Shown: piece by piece, positions 28,183 through 38,963 of the stretch
How the letters are laid out: each line of letters opens with the position of its first letter
Position numbering within the stretch: position 1 is the first letter of the stretch
Made by a program: the position numbers and the translations under genes
From: a bacterium
GTDB taxonomy: Bacteria; DUMJ01
NCBI GenBank assembly: GCA_049970495.1
Contig: JBMFMV010000004.1
Span: 1 to 60,772, forward strand
Direction of reading: 5' to 3'
DNA length: 60,772 nucleotides
The notes under the pieces: generated by a model
Told to the model about the DNA's origin: nothing
Seen by the model: only the letters and a program-made list of their open reading frames with translations
The model's database searches: none

Positions 28183-29545
28183 TGAGATACACCTCTAAGA
28201 ATCTATCTCTTATACGTTTCAGCTCTTCTCTAGGAAGAATTCTTAATAAGTCCCAAGCAATATTCAATGAGTCTTCTATAGACCTATCCTCATACTCTCC
28301 CTGTCTAACTAGCTTATCCTCAAATTGATTGGCAAACTCTATATATTTTCTATCCACGTCTGTAAGGGCCCCTTCACCAAGTATTACTGCTAATTCCTTT
28401 AATTCTTGTCCCCTAGCATATGCAGCAAAAAGCTGATTTGACACATCCGCATGGTCTTCTCTAGTCTTACCAGCCCCTATCCCTTTATCTTTTAATCTAG
28501 AAAGAGAAGGTAGGACATTTACAGGGGGATATATACCTCTTCTATGCAAGCTCCTATCTAGAATAATCTGCCCTTCTGTTATGTATCCAGTCAGATCAGG
28601 GATCGGATGAGTAATATCATCCTCAGGCATTGTAAGTATTGGCATCTGCGTTATAGACCCCTTCTTTCCTCTTATCCTCCCTGCCCTTTCATATATGCTT
28701 GCAAGGTCTGTATATAGATAACCAGGATATCCTCTTCTTCCAGGTACCTCTTTTCTAGCTGCAGAGATTTCTCTTAATGCTTCACAATAGTTGGTCATAT
28801 CGGTAAGAATGACTAAGACATGCATATCCTTTTCAAATGCCAGATATTCAGCTGCAGTAAGAGCCAGTCTTGGGGTAGCTATACGTTCGATAGCTGGGTC
28901 ATTTGCCAGGTTTATAAAAAGGATAGCTCTTTCAAGGGCTCCGGTACGTCTGAAATCATCTATAAAGAACTCTGCCTCTTCAAATGTTATACCCATAGCG
29001 GCAAAGACTATAGCGAAACTCTCTTCTGCAGTTAGTATCCTAGCCTGTCTAGCTATCTGAGCAGCCACTCTGTTATGTGGAAGTCCGGAGGCAGAAAAGA
29101 TAGGGAGTTTCTGCCCTCTTACTAGGGGGTTCATAAGGTCTATAGAGGATATACCTGTTTGGATAAACTCAGAAGGGTAATCTCTATTATATGGGTTTAT
29201 GGGATTTCCATTTATATCCAATCTTGCCTCTGGTATATACGGAGGGCTTCCATCTATAGGTCTACCAAAACCACTCATTACTCTGCCAAGCATATCTAGA
29301 GAAACACCAAGTTCTATTCCTCTACCTGTAAACCTAACCTTACTTCTCGCTAGCTCTAACCCTGTAGCTCCCTCGAAGAGCTGAACTAGTGCCTTATCTT
29401 CATTTACCTCTAACACTCTACCCCTTCTTATACTTCCACTAGGGAGTTCTACCTCAACCATTTCATCATACTTTGCTCCCTCTACCCCTTCAACTAGCAT
29501 AAGAGGTCCAGCTATTTCTCTAATAGTAAGATATTCTTTTATCAT
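28169..29545 (-). CDS. atpB: V/A-type ATPase subunit B
   Basis: 458 aa with the typical non-catalytic B-subunit pattern ([26 protein letters not shown]). Confidence 0.95.
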   Translation of the reverse strand: MIKEYLTIREIAGPLMLVEGVEGAKYDEMVEVELPSGSIRRGRVLEVNEDKALVQLFEGATGLELARSKVRFTGRGIELGVSLDMLGRVMSGFGRPIDGSPPYIPEARLDINGNPINPYNRDYPSEFIQTGISSIDLMNPLVRGQKLPIFSASGLPHNRVAAQIARQARILTAEESFAIVFAAMGITFEEAEFFIDDFRRTGALERAILFINLANDPAIERIATPRLALTAAEYLAFEKDMHVLVILTDMTNYCEALREISAARKEVPGRRGYPGYLYTDLASIYERAGRIRGKKGSITQMPILTMPEDDITHPIPDLTGYITEGQIILDRSLHRRGIYPPVNVLPSLSRLKDKGIGAGKTREDHADVSNQLFAAYARGQELKELAVILGEGALTDVDRKYIEFANQFEDKLVRQGEYEDRSIEDSLNIAWDLLRILPREELKRIRDRFLEVYLNARD

Positions 29546-31312
29546 CTACACCTTTACCCCCATAAGTCTAGAAAATTCTTCCTTCATTCTATCTTCAAGT
29601 GCAAAGAACTTCATTTTCTCTTGCTCTGGTATATATTTCATACGGGAGATATCTTCTCTTACTGGTAGACCAAGTATATCTTCTAAGGATACACCATTAT
29701 CTAGGGCTGTTAGACCTAAATGATAGAATTCTAAGATTATACCTAACATATGTAGTTGTTTCTCCAGAGAAGTGTAGGTATCCAATTCATTAAATGCATT
29801 CTGAAGTAGAAAGTCTTCTCTTATAGACCTTGCAATTTCCAGAAGGAATCTCTCCTTTATCGAAATTGCCTCTATACCAACTAATCTTGTGATCTCTCTA
29901 AGTTCTGCCTCTCTACTTAATATACTTAATGCCTCATTCCTTAGTGATATATAATCTCTACCTGTTACCGTCCTTATATACTCTCCAACGGACTCTACAT
30001 AGAGAGAATAACTAGTCAACCAGTTTATAGCTGGAAAATGTCTCTCATAAGCTAGAGAGGCGTCTAACCCCCAGAAACACCTTACCACCCTCAATGTATT
30101 CTGCACTACTGGTTCAGAGAGGTCTCCTCCGGGAGGAGATACCGCACCTACAATAGTCAAAGAACTCTCCCTATCATCACTTCCTAATGTCTTTACTTTG
30201 CCCGACCTTTCATAGAACTCTGCCAATCTAGTACCAAGATATGCAGGATACCCTTCTTCTCCGGGCATTTCTTCCAATCTAGCAGACATCTCCCTTAGGG
30301 CTTCTGCCCACCTAGAGGTGGAATCCGCCATAAGTGCTACACTATACCCCATATCCCTGAAGTATTCAGCTATAGTGACACCTGTATATATAGAGGCTTC
30401 TCTAGCAGAAACCGGCATATTAGAGGTATTAGCTATAAGGATTGTTCTTTCCATTAATGGCCGTCCAGTCCTAGGATCAGTAAGATGAGGAAATTCTAAG
30501 AGGACATCAGTCATCTCGTTTCCTCTTTCCCCACATCCTACGTATACTACTATATCTGCATCTGCCCACTTTGCCAATTGGTGTTGAACTACCGTCTTAC
30601 CACTTCCAAACGGTCCAGGGATACAAGCAGTTCCCCCTTTTGCTACCGGGAAGAAGGTATCTATAACCCTCTGTCCTGTTATTAGAATCTCTTTAGGTGG
30701 AAGTTTCTCTTTTACAGGTCTTGGCTGTCGAACAGGCCATCTCTGTAACATAGTAATATCATGTATCTTGTCCCCATCTTTTACCTTAGCTACTACTTCT
30801 TCTACTGTAAAATCTCCCTCCTTTATCTCCTCTAAAATTCCTTTAATTCCTGGAGGAATCATAATTCTATGAGTTATAGTCTCAGTCTCCTTTACCTCTC
30901 CTATAATGTCCCCTCCCTCTACTTTATCTCCCTTTTTGACTAGAGGCTTAAAGTGCCAACGAATATTTCTATCTAAAGCCGGGACATTTATACCTCTTGT
31001 GATATAATCTCCTACCCTTTCTGAAATAGCCTTTAGAGGTCTTTGTATCCCATCAAATATAGTTCCTATAAGTCCAGGGCCTAACTCTACACTAAGGGGA
31101 GAACCCGCTGTCTCTACCGGCTCTCCTGGTCCTAGACCAGAAGTATTCTCATAGACCTGTATGTAGACATTCTCTCTCCTTAACTCTATAATCTCACCAA
31201 TTAATCCTAACTCTCCAACTCTCACTACATCAAACATTCTAGCTCCAGGTAAGCCTCTAGCTATTACCAGAGGACCTGAAACCCTAACAATGTATCCTTT
31301 ATTATCTCCCAT
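29546..31312 (-). CDS. atpA: V/A-type ATPase catalytic subunit A
   Basis: P-loop [26 protein letters not shown]; 588 aa. Confidence 0.95.
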   Translation of the reverse strand: MGDNKGYIVRVSGPLVIARGLPGARMFDVVRVGELGLIGEIIELRRENVYIQVYENTSGLGPGEPVETAGSPLSVELGPGLIGTIFDGIQRPLKAISERVGDYITRGINVPALDRNIRWHFKPLVKKGDKVEGGDIIGEVKETETITHRIMIPPGIKGILEEIKEGDFTVEEVVAKVKDGDKIHDITMLQRWPVRQPRPVKEKLPPKEILITGQRVIDTFFPVAKGGTACIPGPFGSGKTVVQHQLAKWADADIVVYVGCGERGNEMTDVLLEFPHLTDPRTGRPLMERTILIANTSNMPVSAREASIYTGVTIAEYFRDMGYSVALMADSTSRWAEALREMSARLEEMPGEEGYPAYLGTRLAEFYERSGKVKTLGSDDRESSLTIVGAVSPPGGDLSEPVVQNTLRVVRCFWGLDASLAYERHFPAINWLTSYSLYVESVGEYIRTVTGRDYISLRNEALSILSREAELREITRLVGIEAISIKERFLLEIARSIREDFLLQNAFNELDTYTSLEKQLHMLGIILEFYHLGLTALDNGVSLEDILGLPVREDISRMKYIPEQEKMKFFALEDRMKEEFSRLMGVKV

Positions 31313-31622
31313 TGCTATTTCCCTCCGAGAAGATCTTAGTACCTACCGCTCTTATAACGAAATTAGAGAAAAAACTCTTCATCTCAGTTCCCCCCTGAGT
31401 AGGGACTATACCAAGGACTGGCAATTTCTCTTCTCTTTCTACCTCTAATATACTTGAAAATTCTTCATCTACCAAGACTAAACCATAATCCTTCAAATTT
31501 TTTATCGTCTCCAACACCTCTTCTTTAGTCCTAGCGTCAAATATGTCTATCCCTAAGACCTCGTATATAGAGAGTAGTTCTTTTCTACCAACTACTGCAA
31601 CTTTATAACCCACGAATACCAC
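31302..31622 (-). CDS. atpF: V/A-type ATPase subunit F
   Basis: ~100 aa with the KVAVVG...GI pattern. A GTG at 31613 has better SD spacing. Confidence 0.8.
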   Translation of the reverse strand: MVFVGYKVAVVGRKELLSIYEVLGIDIFDARTKEEVLETIKNLKDYGLVLVDEEFSSILEVEREEKLPVLGIVPTQGGTEMKSFFSNFVIRAVGTKIFSEGNSNGR

Positions 31623-32568
31623 TCCTTAAGGTTTGAATAGGAAGCTTATAATCTATCCCAGAAAAGATAAATAAGATATTTTTATGTTCTACCTCTTTCC
31701 TAAAGAAATAGGCTAAGATAGGTTCGTAACCAAATGCGGTATATTTGCTCACGTCTAAAAGTTCTATAAGGCGCTCATCTATCTTTTTTTCTAGTACTAT
31801 AGGTTCATCTAAGTAATTTGACATCCTTAAACTTTCTACCATTTCATTATCTTTCCAACTTTCTATAGGTGTATCTAATAGCCTTATATATTCCTTTATC
31901 TCTATAGACCCACCTCTATAGAAGAAAGAAGTGTATTTCTCTGGATAGCGCACCGTCTTTATTCTTAGAGCTATTTTAAGATTCTCCAAGTCTATCTGTG
32001 TAATTAAAAGAGACTCTAACAAACTATATCTATTTTCTCTGCTTAACTCAATAAGTCCTCTAAAGTAAGCCTGTTCTAAATAGTAAGTCCAAAGAATAGG
32101 TTCTTCGTCAATTTCTCTTAATATATCCCAAGGATAAGGTAAACCCTTTAATAACTCTATATCTCCACTGTTCTTTATACTTTCTAATATCTCTAGAGGA
32201 ATTAATCCCCCTTTATACAAACTAACATCTTTCTTGCTCAATATACCGTAAAGGACCCTTTTAATGTTTCCAAGATCGACTTTATATCTAAAATAGTAAA
32301 GGAATTCTCTTTCAGGCACAATCTTTTCTATCTCATCCATCTCCAAAAGAAGATAAGATACCAGCTTGCGTTGTATATCATCAAAACTATCAGTATCGCC
32401 TATAATCCTTCCATACTGAGTCTCTACAAGAAGTCTTGACAAGTCTCTAGTAGTCTTTGCAGTCAAAAGTCTTTCCCAATCACTAGCAGTAAATAGCCTA
32501 GCAGAAAGAGCCCTTATCTTACCTACTGCAGTAGCAAAATTCAGATTTTCCTTAAACGCTACCGACAT
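31603..32568 (-). CDS. atpC: V/A-type ATPase subunit C (eukaryotic d homologue)
   Basis: 321 aa, helical, in the operon position between E and F. Confidence 0.8.
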   Translation of the reverse strand: MSVAFKENLNFATAVGKIRALSARLFTASDWERLLTAKTTRDLSRLLVETQYGRIIGDTDSFDDIQRKLVSYLLLEMDEIEKIVPEREFLYYFRYKVDLGNIKRVLYGILSKKDVSLYKGGLIPLEILESIKNSGDIELLKGLPYPWDILREIDEEPILWTYYLEQAYFRGLIELSRENRYSLLESLLITQIDLENLKIALRIKTVRYPEKYTSFFYRGGSIEIKEYIRLLDTPIESWKDNEMVESLRMSNYLDEPIVLEKKIDERLIELLDVSKYTAFGYEPILAYFFRKEVEHKNILFIFSGIDYKLPIQTLRSGIRGL

Positions 32569-33148
32569 TTGCCTCAGCCTCTTTAAGTATTTTCCTTATC
32601 TCTTGTTCTACCTCCAGCCTTATATTCTGAAGAATAAGTTCCAGTGTGCTATTTATATCAAAATCTACTCCTCTAAATATAAATCCACCTACTATGTTAC
32701 CAGTAGAAATCTTTAAAGTTATATCTTTTCTGATCCTTTTTAACTCTTCTAACAAGCGGTCACCAAACCTCTCTGCATCGTATCTAGAAAGTACAATCTC
32801 CTCATTACCTCTAAGTTCTATATGAGATATACTTTTTAGAAGATAGTCAAAATATTCCGGGCTATCTAAAATCTCTTTTATAGCCCCATTAATGATATCT
32901 TCTATAGCATTCTGAACCTCAGTAAGGATACCTTTTTGCATCTCTAACTTGATATTTGCAAGCCTCTGGCGTTTTAACATAGACATATCTCTTTCTATAT
33001 TTCTCAGTCCTAACGATTTTATGTTTTCTGCCTCTATATTTGCCTCTTCTAATATGCTCTCTGCCTTTCTATTAGCGTCTTTTATGATCTCTTCTGCATC
33101 CTTTTTGGCCTCAGATATTATACGATCTTTAAGCTCAGGGAAACCCAT
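32552..33148 (-). CDS. atpE: V/A-type ATPase subunit E
   Basis: 198 aa with a charged N-terminal helix (IISEAKKDAEEIIKDANRKAESILEEA). Confidence 0.85.
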   Translation of the reverse strand: MGFPELKDRIISEAKKDAEEIIKDANRKAESILEEANIEAENIKSLGLRNIERDMSMLKRQRLANIKLEMQKGILTEVQNAIEDIINGAIKEILDSPEYFDYLLKSISHIELRGNEEIVLSRYDAERFGDRLLEELKRIRKDITLKISTGNIVGGFIFRGVDFDINSTLELILQNIRLEVEQEIRKILKEAEANVGSV

Positions 33149-33162
33149 CTCTTTCTCATCCC

Positions 33163-33633
33163 TTATATCTTTATGCCATTAAGGAGAAGAATAGTTGCTA
33201 AGAGGCCCAAGATAGCATAAGTCTCAACTAAGACAGCAAGAATTAAAGCCCTTCCAGCCTCTTCTGCCCTCTTAGCCACCATACCTACACCAGCAGCCGA
33301 GACCTTTCCCTGATGAATTCCAGAAATAAGACCACTTATAGCTACCGGAAGGCAGGCAAATAGAATCTGAAGTCCCTGAAAAATCTCCGGCGTAGCAGGA
33401 CTTCCCCCCAATAGACCCAACTTAGAGATAACTAAGAATCCTGCCAAGAAACCATATATACCCTGTGTACCAGGAATAGCTGCCAATAAAAGCAAATTAC
33501 CAAATTTTTCTGGCTGTTCACTTAATAACCCTGCACAAGCCTGACCAGCTATTCCAACACCAATACTAGACCCTATACCTCCACCAAATACCGCTAATGC
33601 TGATCCAAGTATTGCTAAAGCAGTTCCTAACAT
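33163..33633 (-). CDS. atpK: V/A-type ATPase proteolipid subunit K (4-TM c subunit) with a Na+-site signature
   Basis: 156 aa. EQPEKFG...IPGTQGIYGF...GIHQGKV...VETYAILG closely parallels Enterococcus hirae NtpK. Confidence 0.9.
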   Translation of the reverse strand: MLGTALAILGSALAVFGGGIGSSIGVGIAGQACAGLLSEQPEKFGNLLLLAAIPGTQGIYGFLAGFLVISKLGLLGGSPATPEIFQGLQILFACLPVAISGLISGIHQGKVSAAGVGMVAKRAEEAGRALILAVLVETYAILGLLATILLLNGIKI

Positions 33634-35616
33634 CTATTCGATTACCTCCTTTTCTATTGTGTATGTTCTTATCTTTCTCAAGGGATTAAATTCTCTTCCT
33701 CCACCCTCAAAGAACTTGCCAAAAAACTCTACAAATTGCAGCCTACTTGAATGTACAAAGGCGCCAAAGGCATTTATTATCATATTAAAGAGATGTCCTC
33801 CAATAAAAACTACTATACCAATTATAACACCAAGTATAGGTATACCGCTAAATGTTTTCACCAATTCATTTACTACAGTAGCAATAACCCCTGTAGCCAA
33901 TCCTAAAGCCAACAATCTCGAATAAGATAAGACATCACTAAGATAACTTATTACTGAATAAAGACTACCTAATCCACTAGTAATCTTGAGGGGCATAGAC
34001 TTCTGATGTCTACCCTGAGTAGCAACAAGTGCTACAGCCATAATCAGAGTAAAGTATGTAAAAGGTTTATTTAGAAATCTTAAACTTCCCACTGTAAGTG
34101 TTCCAGCAGTAGCTACTATTGATAGTAAGAATAAAATCCAAAAGAGCTGGTCAAAGATAGCCTCTTTATATAACCTTCTCTTAAAATTTAGCATCATCTT
34201 TATAAATAGCCCAAAGATTATCTGTATAAAACCTAGTGTTAGAGAGACACCAAGGAAGACAATAGGATCTTTCAATGGGTCAAAAAGGATTAATCTCTTT
34301 CTTATGGGTTCAAAAAAAGATAAGAAACTAAACGCTTCTGAAACATTACCAAACCATCCACCTGTAATTATACCAGCTCCAACAGTAAAAAGCCCACATA
34401 TAAAGAGAAGCTTTAATAATCTCTTTCTATGTTTTTCAATGAGTAGATTCTTATAGAGATACAGAGAGAGAATTGATAGGATAATCCCATACATAGCATC
34501 TGTAAGGCATAAGGCAAAAAATATAGCAAAGAACGGAGCCAAAAATGGAGTAGGGTCAAACTCTTTACTATTTGGATATCCATATATACCTGTTACAACC
34601 TCAAATGGACTAACAAAGGAGTTATTCTCTAAAGCTATAGGAGGATCATCATCAGGCCCTGGAGGAGATATTACCATGTAGAGGTCCTTAAATCTCTTCT
34701 CTAATCTATCCTTTATCTTTTGACTGTCTTTTTCCTTAATCCAACCAGTTATAAAGAACATATTTGGAGTATGTATAACTCTACTAAGATACTCATATCT
34801 AATAAGCTCATTTTGGTATTTATCATATAGAATAAATAAGGCATTAAGGAACTCCTCCCCTTTTTGTCTTATCTTTTCAAGTATTGATTCTTTTCTCTTT
34901 AAAAGATTATCTAACCTGTTCTCAATACTTCTTAACTCTTCTTTAGGTGTTCCTGAGAATTTCTCTAGATTAAATATGATTACATTATACTTCGAGAATA
35001 TTCCTCTTATCTCACCGGAGACATCTTTATGAGCCACTACAATAAAAAACACATACTGAGGCGTCTCTTTTGTAATAGATACATCGGCAAGACAAGCCTT
35101 TACTTCTTCAACAAATCTTTCTAGGTCTCCCCTTCTTATCTCACCAAAGAACACATCGATTTGTCTGAATCCTCTTATGTTCCTTATAGGGAAATTCAAA
35201 GTTTCAAATGGTACTAGGAGTTCTTTATCCTGTAATAGGTTACTTATAGAATTCTTAATCTCTTCCAAGAGACTCTGCCAGGATTCAACTGTTTCATATC
35301 CACCCTCATTATCAAATTCCTTGATGGACCTCTCCATTTCTTCTTGAGAAAAAGGAAGTTTTTGAGGAACAAAAAGATCTACTATACTGCTATTAGCCTT
35401 TATAAAATCTTTTAAAAAAGATATGCTTGACTTTATCCGAGTAAGTTCCTTGGTAATCTCTGAGATCTTAGATGGTAACCACTCTAGAGGAGAATCATTA
35501 TCTACATTGACTCTTTCTATCTCCAAAACTCCCAGATCTTGTAATAACATTAAAACATCTTCTTCCTCATCTTTATGCCCAACCAAAGAGAGCCTAAGCA
35601 TTGGGAGGATAGCCAT
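33634..35616 (-). CDS. atpI: V/A-type ATPase subunit I (a subunit)
   Basis: 660 aa, with a cytoplasmic N-terminal half and a multi-TM C-terminal half (SYSRLLALGLA motif with the essential Arg). Confidence 0.9.
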   Translation of the reverse strand: MAILPMLRLSLVGHKDEEEDVLMLLQDLGVLEIERVNVDNDSPLEWLPSKISEITKELTRIKSSISFLKDFIKANSSIVDLFVPQKLPFSQEEMERSIKEFDNEGGYETVESWQSLLEEIKNSISNLLQDKELLVPFETLNFPIRNIRGFRQIDVFFGEIRRGDLERFVEEVKACLADVSITKETPQYVFFIVVAHKDVSGEIRGIFSKYNVIIFNLEKFSGTPKEELRSIENRLDNLLKRKESILEKIRQKGEEFLNALFILYDKYQNELIRYEYLSRVIHTPNMFFITGWIKEKDSQKIKDRLEKRFKDLYMVISPPGPDDDPPIALENNSFVSPFEVVTGIYGYPNSKEFDPTPFLAPFFAIFFALCLTDAMYGIILSILSLYLYKNLLIEKHRKRLLKLLFICGLFTVGAGIITGGWFGNVSEAFSFLSFFEPIRKRLILFDPLKDPIVFLGVSLTLGFIQIIFGLFIKMMLNFKRRLYKEAIFDQLFWILFLLSIVATAGTLTVGSLRFLNKPFTYFTLIMAVALVATQGRHQKSMPLKITSGLGSLYSVISYLSDVLSYSRLLALGLATGVIATVVNELVKTFSGIPILGVIIGIVVFIGGHLFNMIINAFGAFVHSSRLQFVEFFGKFFEGGGREFNPLRKIRTYTIEKEVIE

Positions 35617-35931
35617 CTATCCAATCACCTTCTCTTTTACTCGATTTATTATATCCTGCTGCCTCTCTTTTAGTAAGATATTAAACCTTTCTATCACTAA
35701 ACTATTCTTTTTTAACAGTTCCTCCTTCATCTTCTCTATCTCTTGTTTAGTCCTTTCAAGTGCTAGCTTTCTCTCTTCTTCCATGCTCAATTTAACTTTA
35801 TTAACTATCTCCAAAGCCTCTCTTTTCGCAGTTTCTATTATCTCCTGCGCCTTAATTTTAGCCTCTGAGATTATCCTTTCTCTCTCATTCTCTAAATTCT
35901 GAACTTGAATAAGTATTTCTTCTGGCTTCAT
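35617..35931 (-). CDS. atpH: V/A-type ATPase subunit G/H (peripheral stalk)
   Basis: ~105-aa charged coiled coil, first gene of the operon. I prefer Met-6 (ATG 35931) because GGAGG lies 8 nt upstream; the track start is 35946. Confidence 0.7.
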   Translation of the reverse strand: MKPEEILIQVQNLENERERIISEAKIKAQEIIETAKREALEIVNKVKLSMEEERKLALERTKQEIEKMKEELLKKNSLVIERFNILLKERQQDIINRVKEKVIG

Positions 35932-35956
35932 AAATATCGCCTCCATTTAGAAAGAT

Positions 35957-35986
35957 ATTCTATCATAGTGATCTATACCTAGTCAA
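35957..35986 (-). promoter_or_regulatory. sigma-70-type promoter candidate for the V-ATPase operon
   Basis: The minus strand reads TTGACT (35986-35981), 18-nt spacer, TAGAAT (35962-35957). Confidence 0.45.
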
Positions 35987-36166
35987 TTAACTGTTAATCT
36001 CAATGAGGACAAATAGATATACGATCTTCCTAGTTTATTTTTGGGTAATATTTTAGCACAAGGGGAGGCCTTTAAAATTTTATCAATCAGATTCAGAGCA
36101 GTTACCAGTTGACATCTCCTTGATTTAAAACCTGCAATTTTATACAATTTAATAGGAGGGATAGAT

Positions 36167-37051
36167 ATGGAAGATTTAATAGTGTATGAGAAGATAGAGT
36201 TGCATAAACCATATTTAGTTACGGGATTCTATGGCTGGCCCAATGCTGGAGAAGTTGCAACTAATACTTTACTTTATCTTATAAAAAATCTTTCCGCCAA
36301 GATATATGCAGAAGTTAATCCCGAGGACTTTTACGTATTAACAGCATCAGAGTATGCAAGACCACAGGGAGCTATAGAAAGGGGTATGTTAGTGGCCTTT
36401 GATCCCCCTAAAACGGTTATTTACTATTGGAAAAATAACGCAGGGAACGACATACTATTCCTTTTAGGAAGAGAACCTGATATAAGATGGAAAAGATATA
36501 CAGATACTATACTCGATTATTTATCCAAATTTGGGTTAAAGAAGGTATTTACTATAGGTGGAGAATATGCGTTAGTTCCACATACTAGAAATCCAAGGAT
36601 CTCAGTGGTAGTAAATAATGAAAAGATAAAAGAGGAACTCAAAGATCTAGATATAGACTTTGCAGATTATACTGGTCCTACATGTATTCATACATATATA
36701 TTACTTGCGTGTAAAGTTAGGGGGATAGATTGTATAAGTCTTTGGGGAGATGCCCCAAATTATATACAAATGTCTAACCCAAAAGTTTCCTATTTTATGT
36801 TAAAAACCTTGACAAGATTACTGGGGATAGAGGTCTCACTTGATGATATGAAGAAAGAGGGAGAAAATTTCGAACAGCAAATTTCTAAAGCCATAGCACA
36901 GAAACCTGAAGCGCAGGAATTTTTAAAGAAACTCGAAGAAGCCTACGATGAGAGTAAAAAAACAGACAATTCCGATAAAAGTGAAATAGAAGAGCTTATA
37001 AAAGGCGTAGAAGACTTCTTAAGACAAGATGGACAAGATAAAATAGAATAA
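36167..37051 (+). CDS. PAC2 (proteasome-assembly-chaperone-2-like) family protein with an acidic C-terminal tail
   Basis: LHKPYLVTGFYGWPNAGEVAT matches the GW-x-(D/N)AGE block I associate with bacterial PAC2-family proteins. SD AGGAGGG present. Confidence 0.6.
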   Translation: MEDLIVYEKIELHKPYLVTGFYGWPNAGEVATNTLLYLIKNLSAKIYAEVNPEDFYVLTASEYARPQGAIERGMLVAFDPPKTVIYYWKNNAGNDILFLLGREPDIRWKRYTDTILDYLSKFGLKKVFTIGGEYALVPHTRNPRISVVVNNEKIKEELKDLDIDFADYTGPTCIHTYILLACKVRGIDCISLWGDAPNYIQMSNPKVSYFMLKTLTRLLGIEVSLDDMKKEGENFEQQISKAIAQKPEAQEFLKKLEEAYDESKKTDNSDKSEIEELIKGVEDFLRQDGQDKIE

Positions 37052-37069
37052 AGAGGAAATATTTCCCCT

Positions 37070-38839
37070 TTATTCTAAATCCTTTTCTAACTTCTTAAAT
37101 TCCTCCCACAATTCTTTTGGGAGTCTTTCTCCAAATTGACTAAAGAATTCTCTTATTTCTTCAAGTTCCTGTTTCCATTCTTCAGGGCTAATCTCTAACA
37201 ACTTTTCCACACTTTCCTTAGTAATATCTAAACCCTGTAATTCTAAATCTTCTATATATGGAATTAATCCGATAGGGGTTTCTTTAGCTTGGACCCTATT
37301 ATTTATCCTATCTATTATCCACTTTAGCACCCTTATATTCTCCCCAAAGCCAGGCCACAGGAATTTACCATTCTCATCTAATCTAAACCAATTTACCACA
37401 AAGACCTTGGGTGGCTGAGCTATTCTTTCCCCCATATTAAGCCAATGTCTAAAGTAATCCCCCATATTGTATCCGCAGAAGGGAATCATAGCCATAGGAT
37501 CTCTACGGAGTTTACCTACCTGATGAATAGCAGCAGCGGTTGTCTCTGAACCCATTCTAGCTCCACAAAATACTCCATGCTTCCAATCGAAACTCTCATA
37601 AACAAGGGGTAAAAGTCTACTCCTTCTACTTCCAAATATTATGGCTGAGATAGGGACTCCTTTTGGATTTTCAAATTCTGGAGAAAGTGTAGGACATTGA
37701 CTTATAGATACAGTAAACCTAGAATTTGGATGAGCCGCGGTACTTCCACTACTACTATTCCACTTTCTGCCCTGCCAGTCTAATATATTCTCTGGAATTG
37801 GGCCATCCATACCTTCCCACCAAGGCTCATTAGTATCCGCATTAAGCGCAGTGTTTGTAAATAAAGTTGGGTAAAATGTTCCAGCCTTCAATGTCCTCAT
37901 CATATTGGGGTTAGTTTTCATAGAAGTCCCAGGAGCAACACCAAAGAATCCTGTTTCAGGGTTTATAGCATATAATCTACCGTCAGGTCCAATATTTAAC
38001 CATGCTATGTCGTCTCCTAGTGTCCAAATCTTATAACCAGGTAATTTAGATTCAAGCATTGCAAGATTAGTCTTTCCACAAGCAGAAGGAAACGCAGCTG
38101 CTATATATGTTATATTACCATCTGGGTCCTCTACCCCTATGATAATCATATGTTCTGCTAGCCATCCTTCTTTTAAACCAAGCCACGAGGCTATTCTCAA
38201 TGAGAAACACTTCTTACCAAGGAGGGCATTACCACCATAACCAGAACCTATACTCCACACCAGATTTTCATCCGGGAAATGCATAATAAATCTCTTATTA
38301 GGATCAAAATCGCCCACTGAGTGTATACCTTTTACAAAGTTATCGCTATTCCCAAGTCTCTCTAAAGCTACTTTCCCCATCCTAGTCATTATCCTCATAC
38401 TAACAGCAACATATGAATTATCCGTAACCTGAACACATACTTTGGAGTATGGAGAATCAGGATGTCCCATTATGTAAGGCAGAACATACATAGTTCTACC
38501 CCTCATACATCCGTCAGTTAATTTCATTAATAACTCCTTTGCCTCTTTAGGTTCCATCCAATTATTGTTTGGTCCTGCATCCTCTCTGTTAGGATGACAA
38601 ACAAAGGTAAGATGTTCAGTCCTAGCTACATCAGTGGGATGACTTCTGTGTAGATAGGCATTAGGCCAACTCTTATGGTTTAGTTCAGAAAATACTGGAT
38701 TATCGTTAATCTTCTCTTTATACATTCCTATCTCTATAAGCTTATGGGCTTCTTCCTCTGTCCCATCACACCAGTAAATCTCATCTGGTTTAGCTAGTCT
38801 GGCGCATTCTTCTACCCATCTCTCTAGAGGAGTTGACAT
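37070..38839 (-). CDS. pckG: phosphoenolpyruvate carboxykinase (GTP)
   Basis: AAFPSACGKTNLAML kinase-1a motif, GDDIAWL, NWFR; 589 aa. Confidence 0.92.
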   Translation of the reverse strand: MSTPLERWVEECARLAKPDEIYWCDGTEEEAHKLIEIGMYKEKINDNPVFSELNHKSWPNAYLHRSHPTDVARTEHLTFVCHPNREDAGPNNNWMEPKEAKELLMKLTDGCMRGRTMYVLPYIMGHPDSPYSKVCVQVTDNSYVAVSMRIMTRMGKVALERLGNSDNFVKGIHSVGDFDPNKRFIMHFPDENLVWSIGSGYGGNALLGKKCFSLRIASWLGLKEGWLAEHMIIIGVEDPDGNITYIAAAFPSACGKTNLAMLESKLPGYKIWTLGDDIAWLNIGPDGRLYAINPETGFFGVAPGTSMKTNPNMMRTLKAGTFYPTLFTNTALNADTNEPWWEGMDGPIPENILDWQGRKWNSSSGSTAAHPNSRFTVSISQCPTLSPEFENPKGVPISAIIFGSRRSRLLPLVYESFDWKHGVFCGARMGSETTAAAIHQVGKLRRDPMAMIPFCGYNMGDYFRHWLNMGERIAQPPKVFVVNWFRLDENGKFLWPGFGENIRVLKWIIDRINNRVQAKETPIGLIPYIEDLELQGLDITKESVEKLLEISPEEWKQELEEIREFFSQFGERLPKELWEEFKKLEKDLE

Positions 38840-38963
38840 AGTAGTACAACCTCCTTATCTAAGAATTTGGTTAATTAGTATAAAAGACTATCAGCTTTTT
38901 GGAAAAAGTCAAGAATTTTACCCAATAATGTACCAGTATAGAAAAGAAAACCTTAACTTTACT

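Noticed and set aside
35423-35902. 159-aa Ser-rich plus-strand ORF. The same applies to other long antisense ORFs, e.g. 17268-17690, 24906-25286, 50061-50498, 55125-55610 and 53582-53911.
   Set aside because: All lie antisense to well-supported conserved genes. They have low-complexity S/L/I/F-rich composition, typical of the reverse frame of AT-rich K/E-rich genes, and lack SD sequences.
35932-35946. First ATG of the V-ATPase G/H ORF as a leaderless start, ~10 nt after a TTGACT-18-TAGAAT promoter
   Set aside because: The second Met (35931) has a canonical GGAGG 8 nt upstream, so a short-leader SD-dependent start is more parsimonious.
37050-37071. Hairpin between convergent PAC2 and pckG (aaagaggaaatatttcccctttat)
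   Set aside because: The stem is mostly A-U with a mismatch, which is too weak to call a terminator confidently.
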